The notes below the pieces were generated by a model. It saw only the letters and a program-made list of their open reading frames with translations, did no database searches and was not told the DNA's origin. Positions 14,756-24,963 of a stretch of DNA of 37,824 bases are shown in pieces. How positions within the stretch are numbered: the stretch's first letter is position 1; each line of letters opens with the position of its first letter. The position numbers and the translations under genes were made by a program. This DNA comes from Rickettsiales bacterium (lineage in GTDB: Bacteria > Pseudomonadota > Alphaproteobacteria > Rickettsiales > JALZUV01), in NCBI GenBank assembly GCA_023301245.1, contig JALZUV010000098.1:1-37824 (forward strand), written 5' to 3'.

Positions 14756-17314
14756 CTAATTCACAGTTTCAGACGGCGGGATAAGAAAGGTTTGGCCGCG
14801 CTCAGATTTGACGCGGGCCTCATAGCGCTCAAGGCTGCCTGGATTAACCCATTCCTGCATTTGGTAAAATACAGCGTAATCCAGAGCGGCCCGCGTATAG
14901 AAAAGGTTATTAAACGGTACATTGCCAATTGATTGACGCAGCGCGCGAGCGGCAACATCATCACCATCTTTTAGCGCGCCAAAAATACGCAGCGCATTAG
15001 ACATTTCGCCAATCGCAGGGCCGCTTAAAGTCTCGAGCGGCGAGCCGCCGAACCGATTATAATCAGCTAATAGAAAATCCCCGTAAATACCAAGGCCGCC
15101 GCCCTGGACAAGTGATTGCACCAAGACTTTCATGTTTGGAGATCCGTCTTCCATGACAAGCGGGTGAGGCGACAGACCTTTAACTAGCTGCTTAGCCTGC
15201 AACGCAGCAAAGCCTAGAGCCGTGCCGGCTACAATGAGGTGCGCCGTCGCCATTGTGGGCTTGCCGTCCTGAATAGTGGGGCCGAGCTGACGCGTGATAA
15301 CCGTTGTCGGAAATGACTTAAACTGCATGACAAAGCGCACAGCCTCGCCTAGCGCCGTGCCTGGACGCGTGCCCATTGTGATTAGAGCGTTTTCGCGCGC
15401 GCGAGGCTCCGTCATGGCCGTATCAGCTATGTCACTGAAATAGGCCTGCAAACGCAGCCGCATTTCGCCGCGAGCCGCGTCAGCATCGCTAAAGCCGTTT
15501 TCTTTGCCCCAAGCCTTAGCTTTCGCATTAGAAACGCTGTCAGCGGCTTCTGGCGTGAACCAGAGCCGATTGTCAGGATCACCGTCAATCTTGGCCGCGC
15601 CGCCTCTCACAGCGTCCCACAGGGCATCATCTATGCCGTAGCGGTTCAGACCCGCCTTAAATGCAGGATCGAGCTGCTGGGCTGGCACAGAGGCGCGGCT
15701 GCCCATATGTGCGGACAATACCCCGCCCACAGCACCGCGGACGCGGCCGCCCCACTCGCTAAAGAGATTTATCTTATAAAATGCAGATTGCAGCTTACCC
15801 ATAACGCCGTAAGCGCCGTCCGTTGTTGCATAGCGCGAGGCAATATCGCCCATGATTTGATTAACGCCAACACCCGCGAGATCTGCAGCCTCTTTACTTG
15901 CCGCATTTTGCAAGCCTGTAATACCCTGAAATAGGCCGTTATAGCCATCGAGCAAATCAACGCCGTAACGCTGCAAGGTATGCGCAGCCAAAGACGTGTC
16001 GGAAATTGACGACAGCGTCATACCGCCAAGCTTAGACAAACCTTGCTGCAGACGGAAGCCGCGGCCAAAAGCTGCCAGGCGGACGGAACCCGGGGCGAGG
16101 GCGCTGCCGTCAAGCTCGCCAAATTCTGCGTCACGCAAAGCCCCTTGCACGCCGCCGCTAAGCTGCTTGATTGATACAGTATCGCCCGCCTCGCGCGCCT
16201 GCGAGATATAATCGTCTTTTAAATTCGTATAGGCCGCTTGTGGATTAGGACCGTAAACTTCCATAAGCGCCGCATTTGACGCCGCGCGATCGAGCTGACT
16301 GATATAGCCCTCAAAAATACCGCCTGCGCCAAAGCGGTCATTATAAGCCAGCCAGTCATCAACCGTTTTAAAATGCAGGACGCGAGCGGCTGAAACTTTG
16401 CGCGCGACAAGACCATTAGGCTTAAAGGCGTCAAGATCGTCATGATAGCTCGAACTTGGGTTATGGTGCCCCGTCACGATATCCGTCCACATTTGACCGA
16501 GATAGGCCTCAATATCGTCTACGCCATCAAAGCTTTGCTCTGCCAGGCGCGGCGTAATATAATCAATCCACTCTTTTTTTGATTGCTCGCGCCGCTTGCT
16601 TTTAACACCAAACGGCTCAGCGCCGCGGAAAAATCCGCCGCTGATTTTAATCGCATCATGGCTTTGCCGCGTGACATAACCATCAAGCCGAGAGATCCAC
16701 GCGCCTTGTGCATTTTGCGCCTCGATAGACGCGTCTTGATATTTCTTCATGATACGCGCCGTTGTCAGCGCCTCAGCATTCCCCGTCGACGCCACGTCAC
16801 CACCATTAAGCAAAGACAGCTCGCGTGCGACATCATTCTCAAAATCACGATCACGCTTGCGCAGCGGATTAGAAAGCCGAGACAATGTGCCGGCTTTATC
16901 CAAATCACGAATAAGCGCCGTCGACCATCCGCGATAATAGGCGCGGCTGCGCGTATCAACCGACAAGCCCGCGCCCGCGACGTTTTCCTCTAGGCCAACA
17001 TTAAGCGCGCGCAGACGTTTCCAGAGCGGCAGATCAGATAGACCCTCTAAATGCGCCTCGCGGCGAGACTTCGCGACGGCAGATTTTAAACGCAGGCGCT
17101 TTTCAATCAAAGACGCCTCAAGCGCCTCAGATGTCATATCCTCAACAGCTTCGCGCAGGCGGGCCGTCTCGGCCGCATCCGGAGAGAGGTTTTCTTTATT
17201 AAATTTCTTGCTACGGAAACGCAACGTTAAGCGCTCGAGCGCGTCGTCAATTTCGGCGTCGCTGAAGGCATCGCCCACGCGGCCGCGAATAGTATCTTTG
17301 CAAACCCTACTCAC
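14756..17314 (-). CDS. internal virion / ejection protein (gp16-like, C-terminal portion)
   Basis: The start is trimmed to the GTG at 17314, with GGAGG 7 nt upstream and a GTGA overlap with the upstream stop. Size and position were compared with the T7 module: 450 aa + 852 aa versus T7 gp16 at ~1318 aa. Confidence 0.5.
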   Translation of the reverse strand: MSRVCKDTIRGRVGDAFSDAEIDDALERLTLRFRSKKFNKENLSPDAAETARLREAVEDMTSEALEASLIEKRLRLKSAVAKSRREAHLEGLSDLPLWKRLRALNVGLEENVAGAGLSVDTRSRAYYRGWSTALIRDLDKAGTLSRLSNPLRKRDRDFENDVARELSLLNGGDVASTGNAEALTTARIMKKYQDASIEAQNAQGAWISRLDGYVTRQSHDAIKISGGFFRGAEPFGVKSKRREQSKKEWIDYITPRLAEQSFDGVDDIEAYLGQMWTDIVTGHHNPSSSYHDDLDAFKPNGLVARKVSAARVLHFKTVDDWLAYNDRFGAGGIFEGYISQLDRAASNAALMEVYGPNPQAAYTNLKDDYISQAREAGDTVSIKQLSGGVQGALRDAEFGELDGSALAPGSVRLAAFGRGFRLQQGLSKLGGMTLSSISDTSLAAHTLQRYGVDLLDGYNGLFQGITGLQNAASKEAADLAGVGVNQIMGDIASRYATTDGAYGVMGKLQSAFYKINLFSEWGGRVRGAVGGVLSAHMGSRASVPAQQLDPAFKAGLNRYGIDDALWDAVRGGAAKIDGDPDNRLWFTPEAADSVSNAKAKAWGKENGFSDADAARGEMRLRLQAYFSDIADTAMTEPRARENALITMGTRPGTALGEAVRFVMQFKSFPTTVITRQLGPTIQDGKPTMATAHLIVAGTALGFAALQAKQLVKGLSPHPLVMEDGSPNMKVLVQSLVQGGGLGIYGDFLLADYNRFGGSPLETLSGPAIGEMSNALRIFGALKDGDDVAARALRQSIGNVPFNNLFYTRAALDYAVFYQMQEWVNPGSLERYEARVKSERGQTFLIPPSETVN

Positions 17315-18663
17315 AGCAAACCCTCCGCACGCAAGCAAAAGCCAGCGGCCTCATATAGGTCTTTGACTTGCTCAGGCGCACGCTCCGGCGTTTCAAGCTC
17401 GAGCACATCAGCGTTAAGGCGGCCATTTTCTATCATGCCTTTAACTTCGGCCTCGAGGCGGGCGACGTCTTGTTGTAAAACAGGATCCGCAAGACCAGGC
17501 TCGCGCGCGGCCGCAGGCGCAGCGGCTTCGCCCAAATCAAGCGCCTCATCACCGCGCACAAGCCCGTCCAGATTAAACGGCGTGAAAGGCGAGGCGTCGA
17601 TTGCAGGGTCAAGACTAGGCGCATCAGATATCTCGATATCGCCATCATAGAACCGCAATAGCGTGTCAGTGCGCGCCGCCATAAGCGCGCCCTCTATTTG
17701 AAACTCTGCAGGGATATCATCAGGCCCGACGCCATCAGTATCAGCGACATCATCCACATCGCCGCCTGAATCGCGCGGCGTCGTTTCTGGCGTCTCTGGA
17801 TCCAATAGCGCCGCGGCTCTCTCTTGCTGCGCGCGCTCTATCATTTCGCCGGCACGAATAGGCTGGCCGCTGTCTAAATCATTCAAGGCCTGGTTAAAGA
17901 TATCAACGCGGGTTTCTGCGGGGAGCTCTGCAATATCAAGCGCATTTTCAGGTAACATGACAATCTGGCCCGCTTCCGTTTCTGTAAACGTCTGGTCACG
18001 GCGCGAGCCGCGAGCCTTAAGACCATCCCCAATCAGACGGCCAACAGATCCAATCCCGCCAGATAGCGCGATATTAAAAACCGCATCACTCGCGCCGTAA
18101 TCTCTATTTTCAAATTTTGCGAGCGGAAACACCGCCGCTTCGACTATCACGCCAGACGCAACACCCTCGACCGCGCCGCGGCCAAGGCGTCCAGAAATTG
18201 TTGTTGATTTGGCGACCGTGCGGCCAATAGAGGCCGCTTTTGCGCCCGTTCCTAAATAAGGCACAAGCGCCAAAGCATCACCAACAGGATCAAGAAGGCT
18301 TGCCGCTAGAGCTACACCTAAAATTTCGCCGCTACCTAAACCCGAGCGCGAGATAATATCAGAGCGCGCGAGCTCGCGCTGCTTTATCCCGTTAAGCTCA
18401 CGCGCGCGAAAATCGCTGACAGAGCTGTCAAATGTCAAATGGCCTTCAATACCATAATCTGCATTAGCTTCATCCGCAGATAGAAAATCCGCCTCTTTGT
18501 CCGTATCGAGAAAAGACCGCTCGAGCGCTCTAAATGCGAATCCTGTGACGCCTTCCTCGATGGCACCGGCCGCAATTGCGCCGTAAGCATCAATGCGGCT
18601 CACGCCAAAGCTGGCCGAGGCCTGCAAGACAGGATCATTAGAGGGAAGCGTTGAGCGTATCAT
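17311..18663 (-). CDS. internal virion / ejection protein (gp16-like, N-terminal portion)
   Basis: 450 aa with an ATGA overlap to the upstream gene. The call rests on position in the T7-like order. Confidence 0.45.
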   Translation of the reverse strand: MIRSTLPSNDPVLQASASFGVSRIDAYGAIAAGAIEEGVTGFAFRALERSFLDTDKEADFLSADEANADYGIEGHLTFDSSVSDFRARELNGIKQRELARSDIISRSGLGSGEILGVALAASLLDPVGDALALVPYLGTGAKAASIGRTVAKSTTISGRLGRGAVEGVASGVIVEAAVFPLAKFENRDYGASDAVFNIALSGGIGSVGRLIGDGLKARGSRRDQTFTETEAGQIVMLPENALDIAELPAETRVDIFNQALNDLDSGQPIRAGEMIERAQQERAAALLDPETPETTPRDSGGDVDDVADTDGVGPDDIPAEFQIEGALMAARTDTLLRFYDGDIEISDAPSLDPAIDASPFTPFNLDGLVRGDEALDLGEAAAPAAAREPGLADPVLQQDVARLEAEVKGMIENGRLNADVLELETPERAPEQVKDLYEAAGFCLRAEGLL

Positions 18664-20894
18664 TGCGCACCCGCCCGCAAAATAAGATCTGCAATTTGCT
18701 GCGGGCCTTTCTTTTCAGACGTAAAGCGCACACCGCCAAAATCTGTAAAGCCGCCGCCGACGGCTTCAAGATCATCCCATACCAAATTGACAGGATTGTC
18801 ATTTTTATCGAGCACAGGCACATCAAGACCGCCGCCGTTAATTACAAGCGCAAGGCCGCTTTCATCTTCATTGGTAATCCAGCGGCCATGACGCGAGATT
18901 GATTTGCCATATTGCTCTTGCCGCGCCGCATCAGATTGCCCAGCGATTTGCGGACCTAAACCCCACCACGGAACGGCGCGCTCATTGGCAAGACCGAGCG
19001 CACCCGCGCGGCCGCGTGGGCCTGCGGTGCGAGGGTTAAACGCGCCCATAATTCTATCAACGCCGCGCGTAACGTGATTTACATCACGCGTGACAGGAAT
19101 ACGATATGAGCCCTCAAATTCATATTGAGCCGTAAACGCAGAGGCCGCACGCTGCGCAGCATCAGACGGGCTTGCGCCCTGGGCGACGTATTGGCGCGCG
19201 AGCGCTTGTGTGGACTTTGCATAAGTGCTGCGCAGCCGCGCCGCATCAGGACTAGAGGCAAGCGTTGCAAACAAAGGCGCGAGAGAGGCATCAACGGCCG
19301 TTTCTGTTTTTTTGACATCAGCGCGCGGCAATGTCGCCTTATTGTCCTTATCAGACTTAAGCGCGGATATCATGGCTGTCTGCGCATTTGGATTTGCCGA
19401 TAAAGACCAGATAGGCTCGACCGTGTCAGGCAATCCCGCCTCGACAAGCTCGCCCATAATGCGCGGCTGCAGCGCGCCATAAGCATTTAATGAATTTAAA
19501 AGCTCCCGATAATCTTGCGGCGCAGATGTCTCAAATTGCCCGACGATATCCTCCGCTTGGCCCTTACGCAAAATTCTCTGATCAGAGGCCGCAATGCCAA
19601 AGTCCTCTTGAACCTCAAGGACGGCCTGCGCGTATTTTTGCACATCATCAGGCGTCGCGCCCTCCAAAGATAGCCGCGCGGCTAATTCTTGAACAGCTGG
19701 CACAGCCTGGGCCGCGCCGGCTGGATCTAATTGTCTTTGTTGTAAAATAGCTTTAGCGCGAGATTGAGCTTGCTCAAACACTTGCTGTTTATCTGCAAAG
19801 CCCGCCTCGCCAGGCCGCGGCGCTGCGCCGGCCAAAGTGCTCATTATTTCATCGCGGCTTTGCAGCGGCATATCCGCAGTTGTGCTAAACATATCCCGGG
19901 CATGAGCCTCGCTGCGCTGAAACCGCTTTGCAGCTTTTTCGCCCGAGACTTCGAGCACGCGCTGATACGTTAGGCCGCTCCCTTGGCCGCTGGCTGTGAC
20001 GCTCGCGAGGTGATCTGTCATTTCAAATTGCAAATCAAGACGCGCGAGCGATTGGCGCTCTTTCTCTGCAGCCAAGCGCTTACGCTCTTGCTCTTTTGCC
20101 AAGGACGCGGCCTCGCGGTCTTGGCTGTCAATCTCAGCCTTAGCGCTACGCAGCGCTTGGTTTTTTAAAGCCGGCGCAAAGCGGTCATCAAAATCACCGG
20201 CGGCAAGCTGCGCATGAAATTCACGCGGGTCATTTTCGATATTATAAGCGGCAAAGGCCTGATAAATCTGATCGACCGCGATTTGATTGATTTGCTCACG
20301 CGCGACCTCATCAACCGCTGCGGTCGCAAGCTGCAGACGCGCTAAGGCAACATCGACCGCCGCGCCGCCGCGCACATTGTTTACCAGGCTATCGACACCC
20401 TCTTGCACTTGGCGGCCAGTTTGCTCTGTGCGCAGCTTACGCTCTGTTTGCGCAACGCCCACGCGGCCGCGCTGAAAGCTGCGCTCGAGATCCAAAGCCA
20501 CGATATCGCGCAGATCTTTATCATCCGCGCCAAAGCTTCCGAGCAAAGCCTCTTTACGCGCATTAAAATCAGTTTCATATTGAGCGGCCAAATCTTGCGA
20601 GCCATCAAAACCGCTGGCGTAATCAGCATTCACCTTATCTGTGACAGTATCAAATTCACCTAAAACCTTAACAGCCTGCAGAGCATTTTGCCCGCGCTTT
20701 TGCTGCGCCGCAGCTTGCGCCGCGGCTTGTGCCTCGCGGTCCAGCTGCGCGCCAAATTGATCAACAGCGCCGCCAATGCCCTCGAGGCTGCGGCCAATAC
20801 CCGCAGCCGCGGACGCCGCGCGGTTAGGGCCGCCGTCAATGACGCCGCGCACGCCGCGCGTCGCGCTTCGCGTTAGTGAGGCATCAAGGCGCAT
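18660..20894 (-). CDS. internal virion / ejection protein (gp15-like)
   Basis: The start is trimmed to the ATG at 20894, with GGAGG 8 nt upstream. It is 744 aa (T7 gp15 is 747 aa), Ala/Gln/Arg-rich and helical. Confidence 0.5.
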   Translation of the reverse strand: MRLDASLTRSATRGVRGVIDGGPNRAASAAAGIGRSLEGIGGAVDQFGAQLDREAQAAAQAAAQQKRGQNALQAVKVLGEFDTVTDKVNADYASGFDGSQDLAAQYETDFNARKEALLGSFGADDKDLRDIVALDLERSFQRGRVGVAQTERKLRTEQTGRQVQEGVDSLVNNVRGGAAVDVALARLQLATAAVDEVAREQINQIAVDQIYQAFAAYNIENDPREFHAQLAAGDFDDRFAPALKNQALRSAKAEIDSQDREAASLAKEQERKRLAAEKERQSLARLDLQFEMTDHLASVTASGQGSGLTYQRVLEVSGEKAAKRFQRSEAHARDMFSTTADMPLQSRDEIMSTLAGAAPRPGEAGFADKQQVFEQAQSRAKAILQQRQLDPAGAAQAVPAVQELAARLSLEGATPDDVQKYAQAVLEVQEDFGIAASDQRILRKGQAEDIVGQFETSAPQDYRELLNSLNAYGALQPRIMGELVEAGLPDTVEPIWSLSANPNAQTAMISALKSDKDNKATLPRADVKKTETAVDASLAPLFATLASSPDAARLRSTYAKSTQALARQYVAQGASPSDAAQRAASAFTAQYEFEGSYRIPVTRDVNHVTRGVDRIMGAFNPRTAGPRGRAGALGLANERAVPWWGLGPQIAGQSDAARQEQYGKSISRHGRWITNEDESGLALVINGGGLDVPVLDKNDNPVNLVWDDLEAVGGGFTDFGGVRFTSEKKGPQQIADLILRAGAQ

Positions 20895-21360
20895 TTGTTC
20901 CGCCTCCACTGAGTGATCTTGATTTACCCGCGCCGGTCAGCAGCGTCCCGCCAATATCAAAAGCACCCTTAACCAAACCGAGCTTGGCTGCACTTTCGCT
21001 TTGATTGGCGCGCTCATCAAATCCTTGCCCCCTCAGAAGGCCATCAAATAGAGCGGCGCTTGCGCCCTGCGCGCCCTCCGCCGCCAGCTGCCCGATAACG
21101 TCAGAGGCCGAGCCTGAAATTGTGAAGCCAGACGCACCCGCGCGCGCCGTGGCAGCGCCGACACGCTTGCGCGCCTCGCGCGTAAGGTTAGCTCCATCGA
21201 GCGCGGCCGCCTTGCGAGAACCTTCTGCATTTCTGCGCGCAAGGGCGGCGTCGCGTTTATTGGCTGAAAAGCCAGCTAATGCGCCGACAGCTTGGCCGCC
21301 AACTTTTGCGCCCGTTGCTACTAATGCTAATGTTGCTGGATCAGCCACGCCACACCCCAA
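20884..21360 (-). CDS. small Ala/Gly-rich internal virion protein (gp14-like position)
   Basis: 158 aa. The start is uncertain, either TTG at 21360 or GTG at 21348. The sequence is low-complexity and Ala/Gly-rich. Confidence 0.45.
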   Translation of the reverse strand: MGCGVADPATLALVATGAKVGGQAVGALAGFSANKRDAALARRNAEGSRKAAALDGANLTREARKRVGAATARAGASGFTISGSASDVIGQLAAEGAQGASAALFDGLLRGQGFDERANQSESAAKLGLVKGAFDIGGTLLTGAGKSRSLSGGGTNAP

Positions 21361-21829
21361 TCATATAATCACCATCAGGGCCGAAGTCTTGCATGATATT
21401 TTCGCACTCAAAATCTAAATGCTCGAGCGTATTGACCGCTTGCGGCCACTTCATCGGCGTATAGGCCTCTATGCGGGTCACGCCCGAATGTTTTAAAAAG
21501 AGTTGCGCAAAGGCAAATATGCGGGCCCATGCACGCCGCGGCACATCATCACCCACAAGCGCCCAAGCAACAGCGCGAGATTTACCGTTTTGGGACCAGC
21601 ACATATGCAGCCCTGCAATTAAAATCACGCGGCCATCATAGGTAAATGACAGCGCGTTTTTATTGACCATATCGGCCAGCCCAAGAGCGGTGATAACGCC
21701 GTTTTGCTCGGGCCTCACAGTCAGGCTTGTGCGGTCGCCAAATTGATAAGGCCGGACTTTTAGACGGCTGCCGAGCGATAAAGGATATTTGAGCGGTAAT
21801 GTCAGATTATCCTCCATTAGCTTGCACAT
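21341..21829 (-). CDS. possible GNAT-fold acetyltransferase-like protein in the virion module
   Basis: The start is uncertain, ATG at 21829 or 21817. The C-terminal GVTRIEAYTPMKWPQAVNTLEHLDFECENIM resembles the GNAT pattern (v.ri.a.v...N..a...lek.GF..eg). The comparison was by eye only. Confidence 0.3.
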   Translation of the reverse strand: MCKLMEDNLTLPLKYPLSLGSRLKVRPYQFGDRTSLTVRPEQNGVITALGLADMVNKNALSFTYDGRVILIAGLHMCWSQNGKSRAVAWALVGDDVPRRAWARIFAFAQLFLKHSGVTRIEAYTPMKWPQAVNTLEHLDFECENIMQDFGPDGDYMIGVWRG

Positions 21830-22313
21830 GATATTCGATTGTTCTGATTTGCTGCGGAAAGCCCGGCTCGTTTGTAATCTCAATCATTGGCGTTGTTTCA
21901 AACTCGCTCGCCATTTCATAATCTTCAAATTGATCACGCAATAATACGGCCGCGCCTAAAGCGTCATGAGCTCGGCGCGTCGGAAATGGCCGCACCGCTT
22001 GTGGATCTGTAAGCTTGCCGTTTACGCCATAAACAAAACCAACAGAGCCGCCGAGCCCCGCAGTCTCGAGCGCAAGTCTGTCATAGCTGCGCTTTGCAAC
22101 TCGCGACAGAACACCGCCTAAGCCATCATCACGCGTCAGCGTGCGCAGTCTTGCCTCATAAGGAAGGCCAACCCAGCCCTTTGTGACCGGACAAGGCAAA
22201 TCAATCGCGCCGTCTTTGACCAGAAAGTCACCAACAAAGAAACCATCCGCAATCACGCGGGCCATCTTGCCTTCAAGCCAGGTCAAATTTGTGAGGCGAG
22301 TTGTCTGTTTCAT
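21807..22313 (-). CDS. virion-module hypothetical protein
   Basis: 168 aa with an ATGA overlap to the nozzle gene stop. Confidence 0.5.
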   Translation of the reverse strand: MKQTTRLTNLTWLEGKMARVIADGFFVGDFLVKDGAIDLPCPVTKGWVGLPYEARLRTLTRDDGLGGVLSRVAKRSYDRLALETAGLGGSVGFVYGVNGKLTDPQAVRPFPTRRAHDALGAAVLLRDQFEDYEMASEFETTPMIEITNEPGFPQQIRTIEYHVQANGG

Positions 22314-24256
22314 CTTAAGAAAACCCTAAAACCGTTAAAATCCGCAGTATTAAAATTTATAAAATCGTTAGTATCTTGGAAGTCCAAATCTGGATTAGTG
22401 CCAGGCAGAACCGTCGGTAAAGCCACTGGCGGCAAAGTTGGCGTAACAGCCGGCACATCAACACCGCCAGGAGCGCCGCCCTGGGCATCCTCAACAAGAG
22501 AGGCATCAAAGAAACCTGCAAGATCAAGCGAGCATGTATCATCGAGCGGGACATCATCATCCCAGCGGCGCGTCATGACACAAATATCACGCAGGAAACC
22601 ACCCTCAGTCTCGCGGCGCATAATCATCCAAAGCGCCTCAAAACCATCGGAGCGCCGCGCGATAGACAAGCCCTCAATACGCACATCATCAGCAAAAACC
22701 ATCGGGCTCATTGCCTGATAGCCTTGCTCATCATCATAAACAAAAGCATTTAAAAACCCGTCTCGCGTGAGGATCCAAAGCGTTTTAGTTGTCGCCTCCC
22801 ATGCCCAATCATCAATGCCGCGATTATTAAGCTGCATTGATAAAACAGTCAGATCTATCTCTCTATTGTCAGCAATTCTAAAGCCGCGGACACGGTGCGA
22901 GCCAAGCTCAACAAATAAAATAATATCGCCAACAACGATTGGCATTATGCCGCGCTCGGATCCGATATGCCCGCCGCCGCGCGCAACAGCGCCCGCAGGC
23001 GTTATAGGCTCTGCGTTAGCTGGACCACGCACGCGCCGAGAGCCGCCGGCACCCGCCACAATAAGATCATCGACAGACGCCATCCACGCCAGAGGATCAA
23101 CAGTGCTATTTGCCATTTCGCGCGTTACCGCGTCGCTATCAACAACAAGACCGCTGCCTAGAGCGCTTTTAAAATCTCCGCCTGTGCTGTCATATTTCCC
23201 GCTTTCAGTTGAAAAAAGCGTATCAGGCTGCGTAAGCGTGCCGCCAAAAAAGACCCGCTCTTGGTGAATACCAGATATTGCCGGCCAGCCATCAACATCA
23301 TTGAATGCCTGTATATGCCAGAAAGGCGTTGTGCTTACACTTTCGGGCACTTCATTGTCGCCTTGGCGCTGCGCTGTGACCTGCCCCGCACTATTAACAG
23401 CTGTGATTTTGGCATACACGCCGCCGTCATGCACAAATTCCCATAGCGCAACCCCATCACTCCGGCGGCCGTCATCATGAATAGGGCCGTCACTTCCTGT
23501 GCGCGGAATTTCGCTATCATCAGGATCATCAACAAAACTCACTAGGCGATAGGTGCGGCCCGCATAAGCGTGCAATGCGCCAACTTCCGTTGTGTTTAAA
23601 TTCATCCCTGGGTACCAGCCGTTTTCTGTAATCAGATCAGGGTTTTGCCGCGCCCAAATAAGCGCGCCAACATGACCAGGCTCAAAGACATCAGCCGTGC
23701 TGCTAATTGTCAGCGCATCTGTACCGCTCACGTTGATTGAGACGCCAGAAATAACAGGCTTAAATGGACCATTGCGAAACTCATAAGGCGTGAGGGTCCA
23801 GCCAGACGGCCGATTGGCAAGGATATAAGGCTGTGTTTGGCTGGCCGCATCCGTTAAAATCATGATGTCACTTTGGCGGGACCACATCAGCCGGCGAATA
23901 GCCGCGCCAGACCAAGGCGTGTCTATATTCTCGGCAATCACCTCATAGGTCAAAGCAGACCAAATGCGCATTTTAAATTCTGTAAGCTCGAGAATATAGC
24001 CCTGCAGAGTTGAGCGCTGAAATGGAATAAGCCGGCCGCGGATAGGCGCGCCATTTGATTCAGGCGACGCCGCTTCTATCGCCGCGCCAAGCCGCCAATT
24101 ACCTGGGCGGGTTTCTGCGCCGCCTGGCAACATAGCAATATAATTTATCATTAAAGACGCGCCGACACCGTAGGCGTCAATTTCACTACGGCCTTGCACT
24201 TTGCGGTCAAGCTGTCCCGCCGCGAATGAGGTATGACGCACAGGATTACGGGGCAT
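22310..24256 (-). CDS. tail tubular protein B / nozzle (T7 gp12-like position)
   Basis: The start is trimmed to the ATG at 24256 (MPRNPVRH), with GGAGG upstream. This 648-aa protein follows the gp11-like gene. Confidence 0.55.
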   Translation of the reverse strand: MPRNPVRHTSFAAGQLDRKVQGRSEIDAYGVGASLMINYIAMLPGGAETRPGNWRLGAAIEAASPESNGAPIRGRLIPFQRSTLQGYILELTEFKMRIWSALTYEVIAENIDTPWSGAAIRRLMWSRQSDIMILTDAASQTQPYILANRPSGWTLTPYEFRNGPFKPVISGVSINVSGTDALTISSTADVFEPGHVGALIWARQNPDLITENGWYPGMNLNTTEVGALHAYAGRTYRLVSFVDDPDDSEIPRTGSDGPIHDDGRRSDGVALWEFVHDGGVYAKITAVNSAGQVTAQRQGDNEVPESVSTTPFWHIQAFNDVDGWPAISGIHQERVFFGGTLTQPDTLFSTESGKYDSTGGDFKSALGSGLVVDSDAVTREMANSTVDPLAWMASVDDLIVAGAGGSRRVRGPANAEPITPAGAVARGGGHIGSERGIMPIVVGDIILFVELGSHRVRGFRIADNREIDLTVLSMQLNNRGIDDWAWEATTKTLWILTRDGFLNAFVYDDEQGYQAMSPMVFADDVRIEGLSIARRSDGFEALWMIMRRETEGGFLRDICVMTRRWDDDVPLDDTCSLDLAGFFDASLVEDAQGGAPGGVDVPAVTPTLPPVALPTVLPGTNPDLDFQDTNDFINFNTADFNGFRVFLR

Positions 24257-24863
24257 AATGCCTCCTATCCGTGCTATCATGATAATCATAATTTGTTTGG
24301 CGGCGTGACAGATCACCTTGGCGATTACCAATGCGCGCGCCCTCGAGCTGCGCTGTTTTCAGTGTAAGCCTTTGGTACCGGCGATCAAGACGGTCAGACT
24401 GAGATTGGCTGTCTTTACGCGATAGCGCGACCTTAAGGCCTAAATTAAGGCCCATCAGCGCAATCATATGCGCTGTCCATGTTGGCTCCGTTTCGGAGGA
24501 ATTATAGCGTATTTCTATTTCGCCGCGATAGACATAGAGCAAGCCTTCCTCAACGTACCAATCTTGATATTGGGTGCGCGCAACCGTTGCAATTCGCACG
24601 CAATCTTTTGGCAGTTGATAAGGCGTATAACCACTATGCAAGCGGTCATCAGATTTTTCGACCTCTTGGAGGATCCTGCGGCGCGTCGCGCCAGACCAAG
24701 GCCGCAAGTCAAGGACTTCTTCGACAGCCTGGTTATAAAATGAGAGGATAGATTTTTGTGTATTTGTTTGACCCGTTTCGCCATCACTAAAAAGGCCAGC
24801 GCCAATATGGCCCGCAGCCTCATTTAATATTGCCAATTTTACAGAGCTGGCATTTGACATCAT
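24246..24863 (-). CDS. tail tubular protein A / adaptor (T7 gp11-like)
   Basis: 205 aa. The N-terminal KLAILNEAAGHIGAG...YNQAVEEVLDLRPWSGA parallels T7 gp11 AVNDILASIGEPP...LNKINRQIQSRGWTF. It is the first gene after the capsid terminator. Confidence 0.55.
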   Translation of the reverse strand: MMSNASSVKLAILNEAAGHIGAGLFSDGETGQTNTQKSILSFYNQAVEEVLDLRPWSGATRRRILQEVEKSDDRLHSGYTPYQLPKDCVRIATVARTQYQDWYVEEGLLYVYRGEIEIRYNSSETEPTWTAHMIALMGLNLGLKVALSRKDSQSQSDRLDRRYQRLTLKTAQLEGARIGNRQGDLSRRQTNYDYHDSTDRRHYAP

Positions 24864-24874
24864 GAGCCTTTGTT

Positions 24875-24914
24875 AAAAGCCCGCCTCACAGCCCGGATAA
24901 AACCGTGAGGCGGG
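24875..24914 (-). terminator. intrinsic terminator-like hairpin between capsid and tail genes
   Basis: The minus strand reads CCCGCCTCAC-(15 nt)-GTGAGGCGGG followed by CTTTTAAC. The position is analogous to T7 T-phi after gene 10. Confidence 0.5.
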
Positions 24915-24963
24915 TTCGCGCACGTATTCGCGTTGACGTTTTGGTGCGCAATTAGTCCTGTGA

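Noticed and set aside
12420-23446. Numerous 60-170-aa antisense or off-frame ORFs inside the large structural genes (for example 13126-13578, 21005-21418, 22767-23267)
   Set aside because: They are fully nested in long, coupled minus-strand genes. They are rich in Arg/Ala/Ser, as is typical of shadow frames in GC-rich DNA, and lack RBS.
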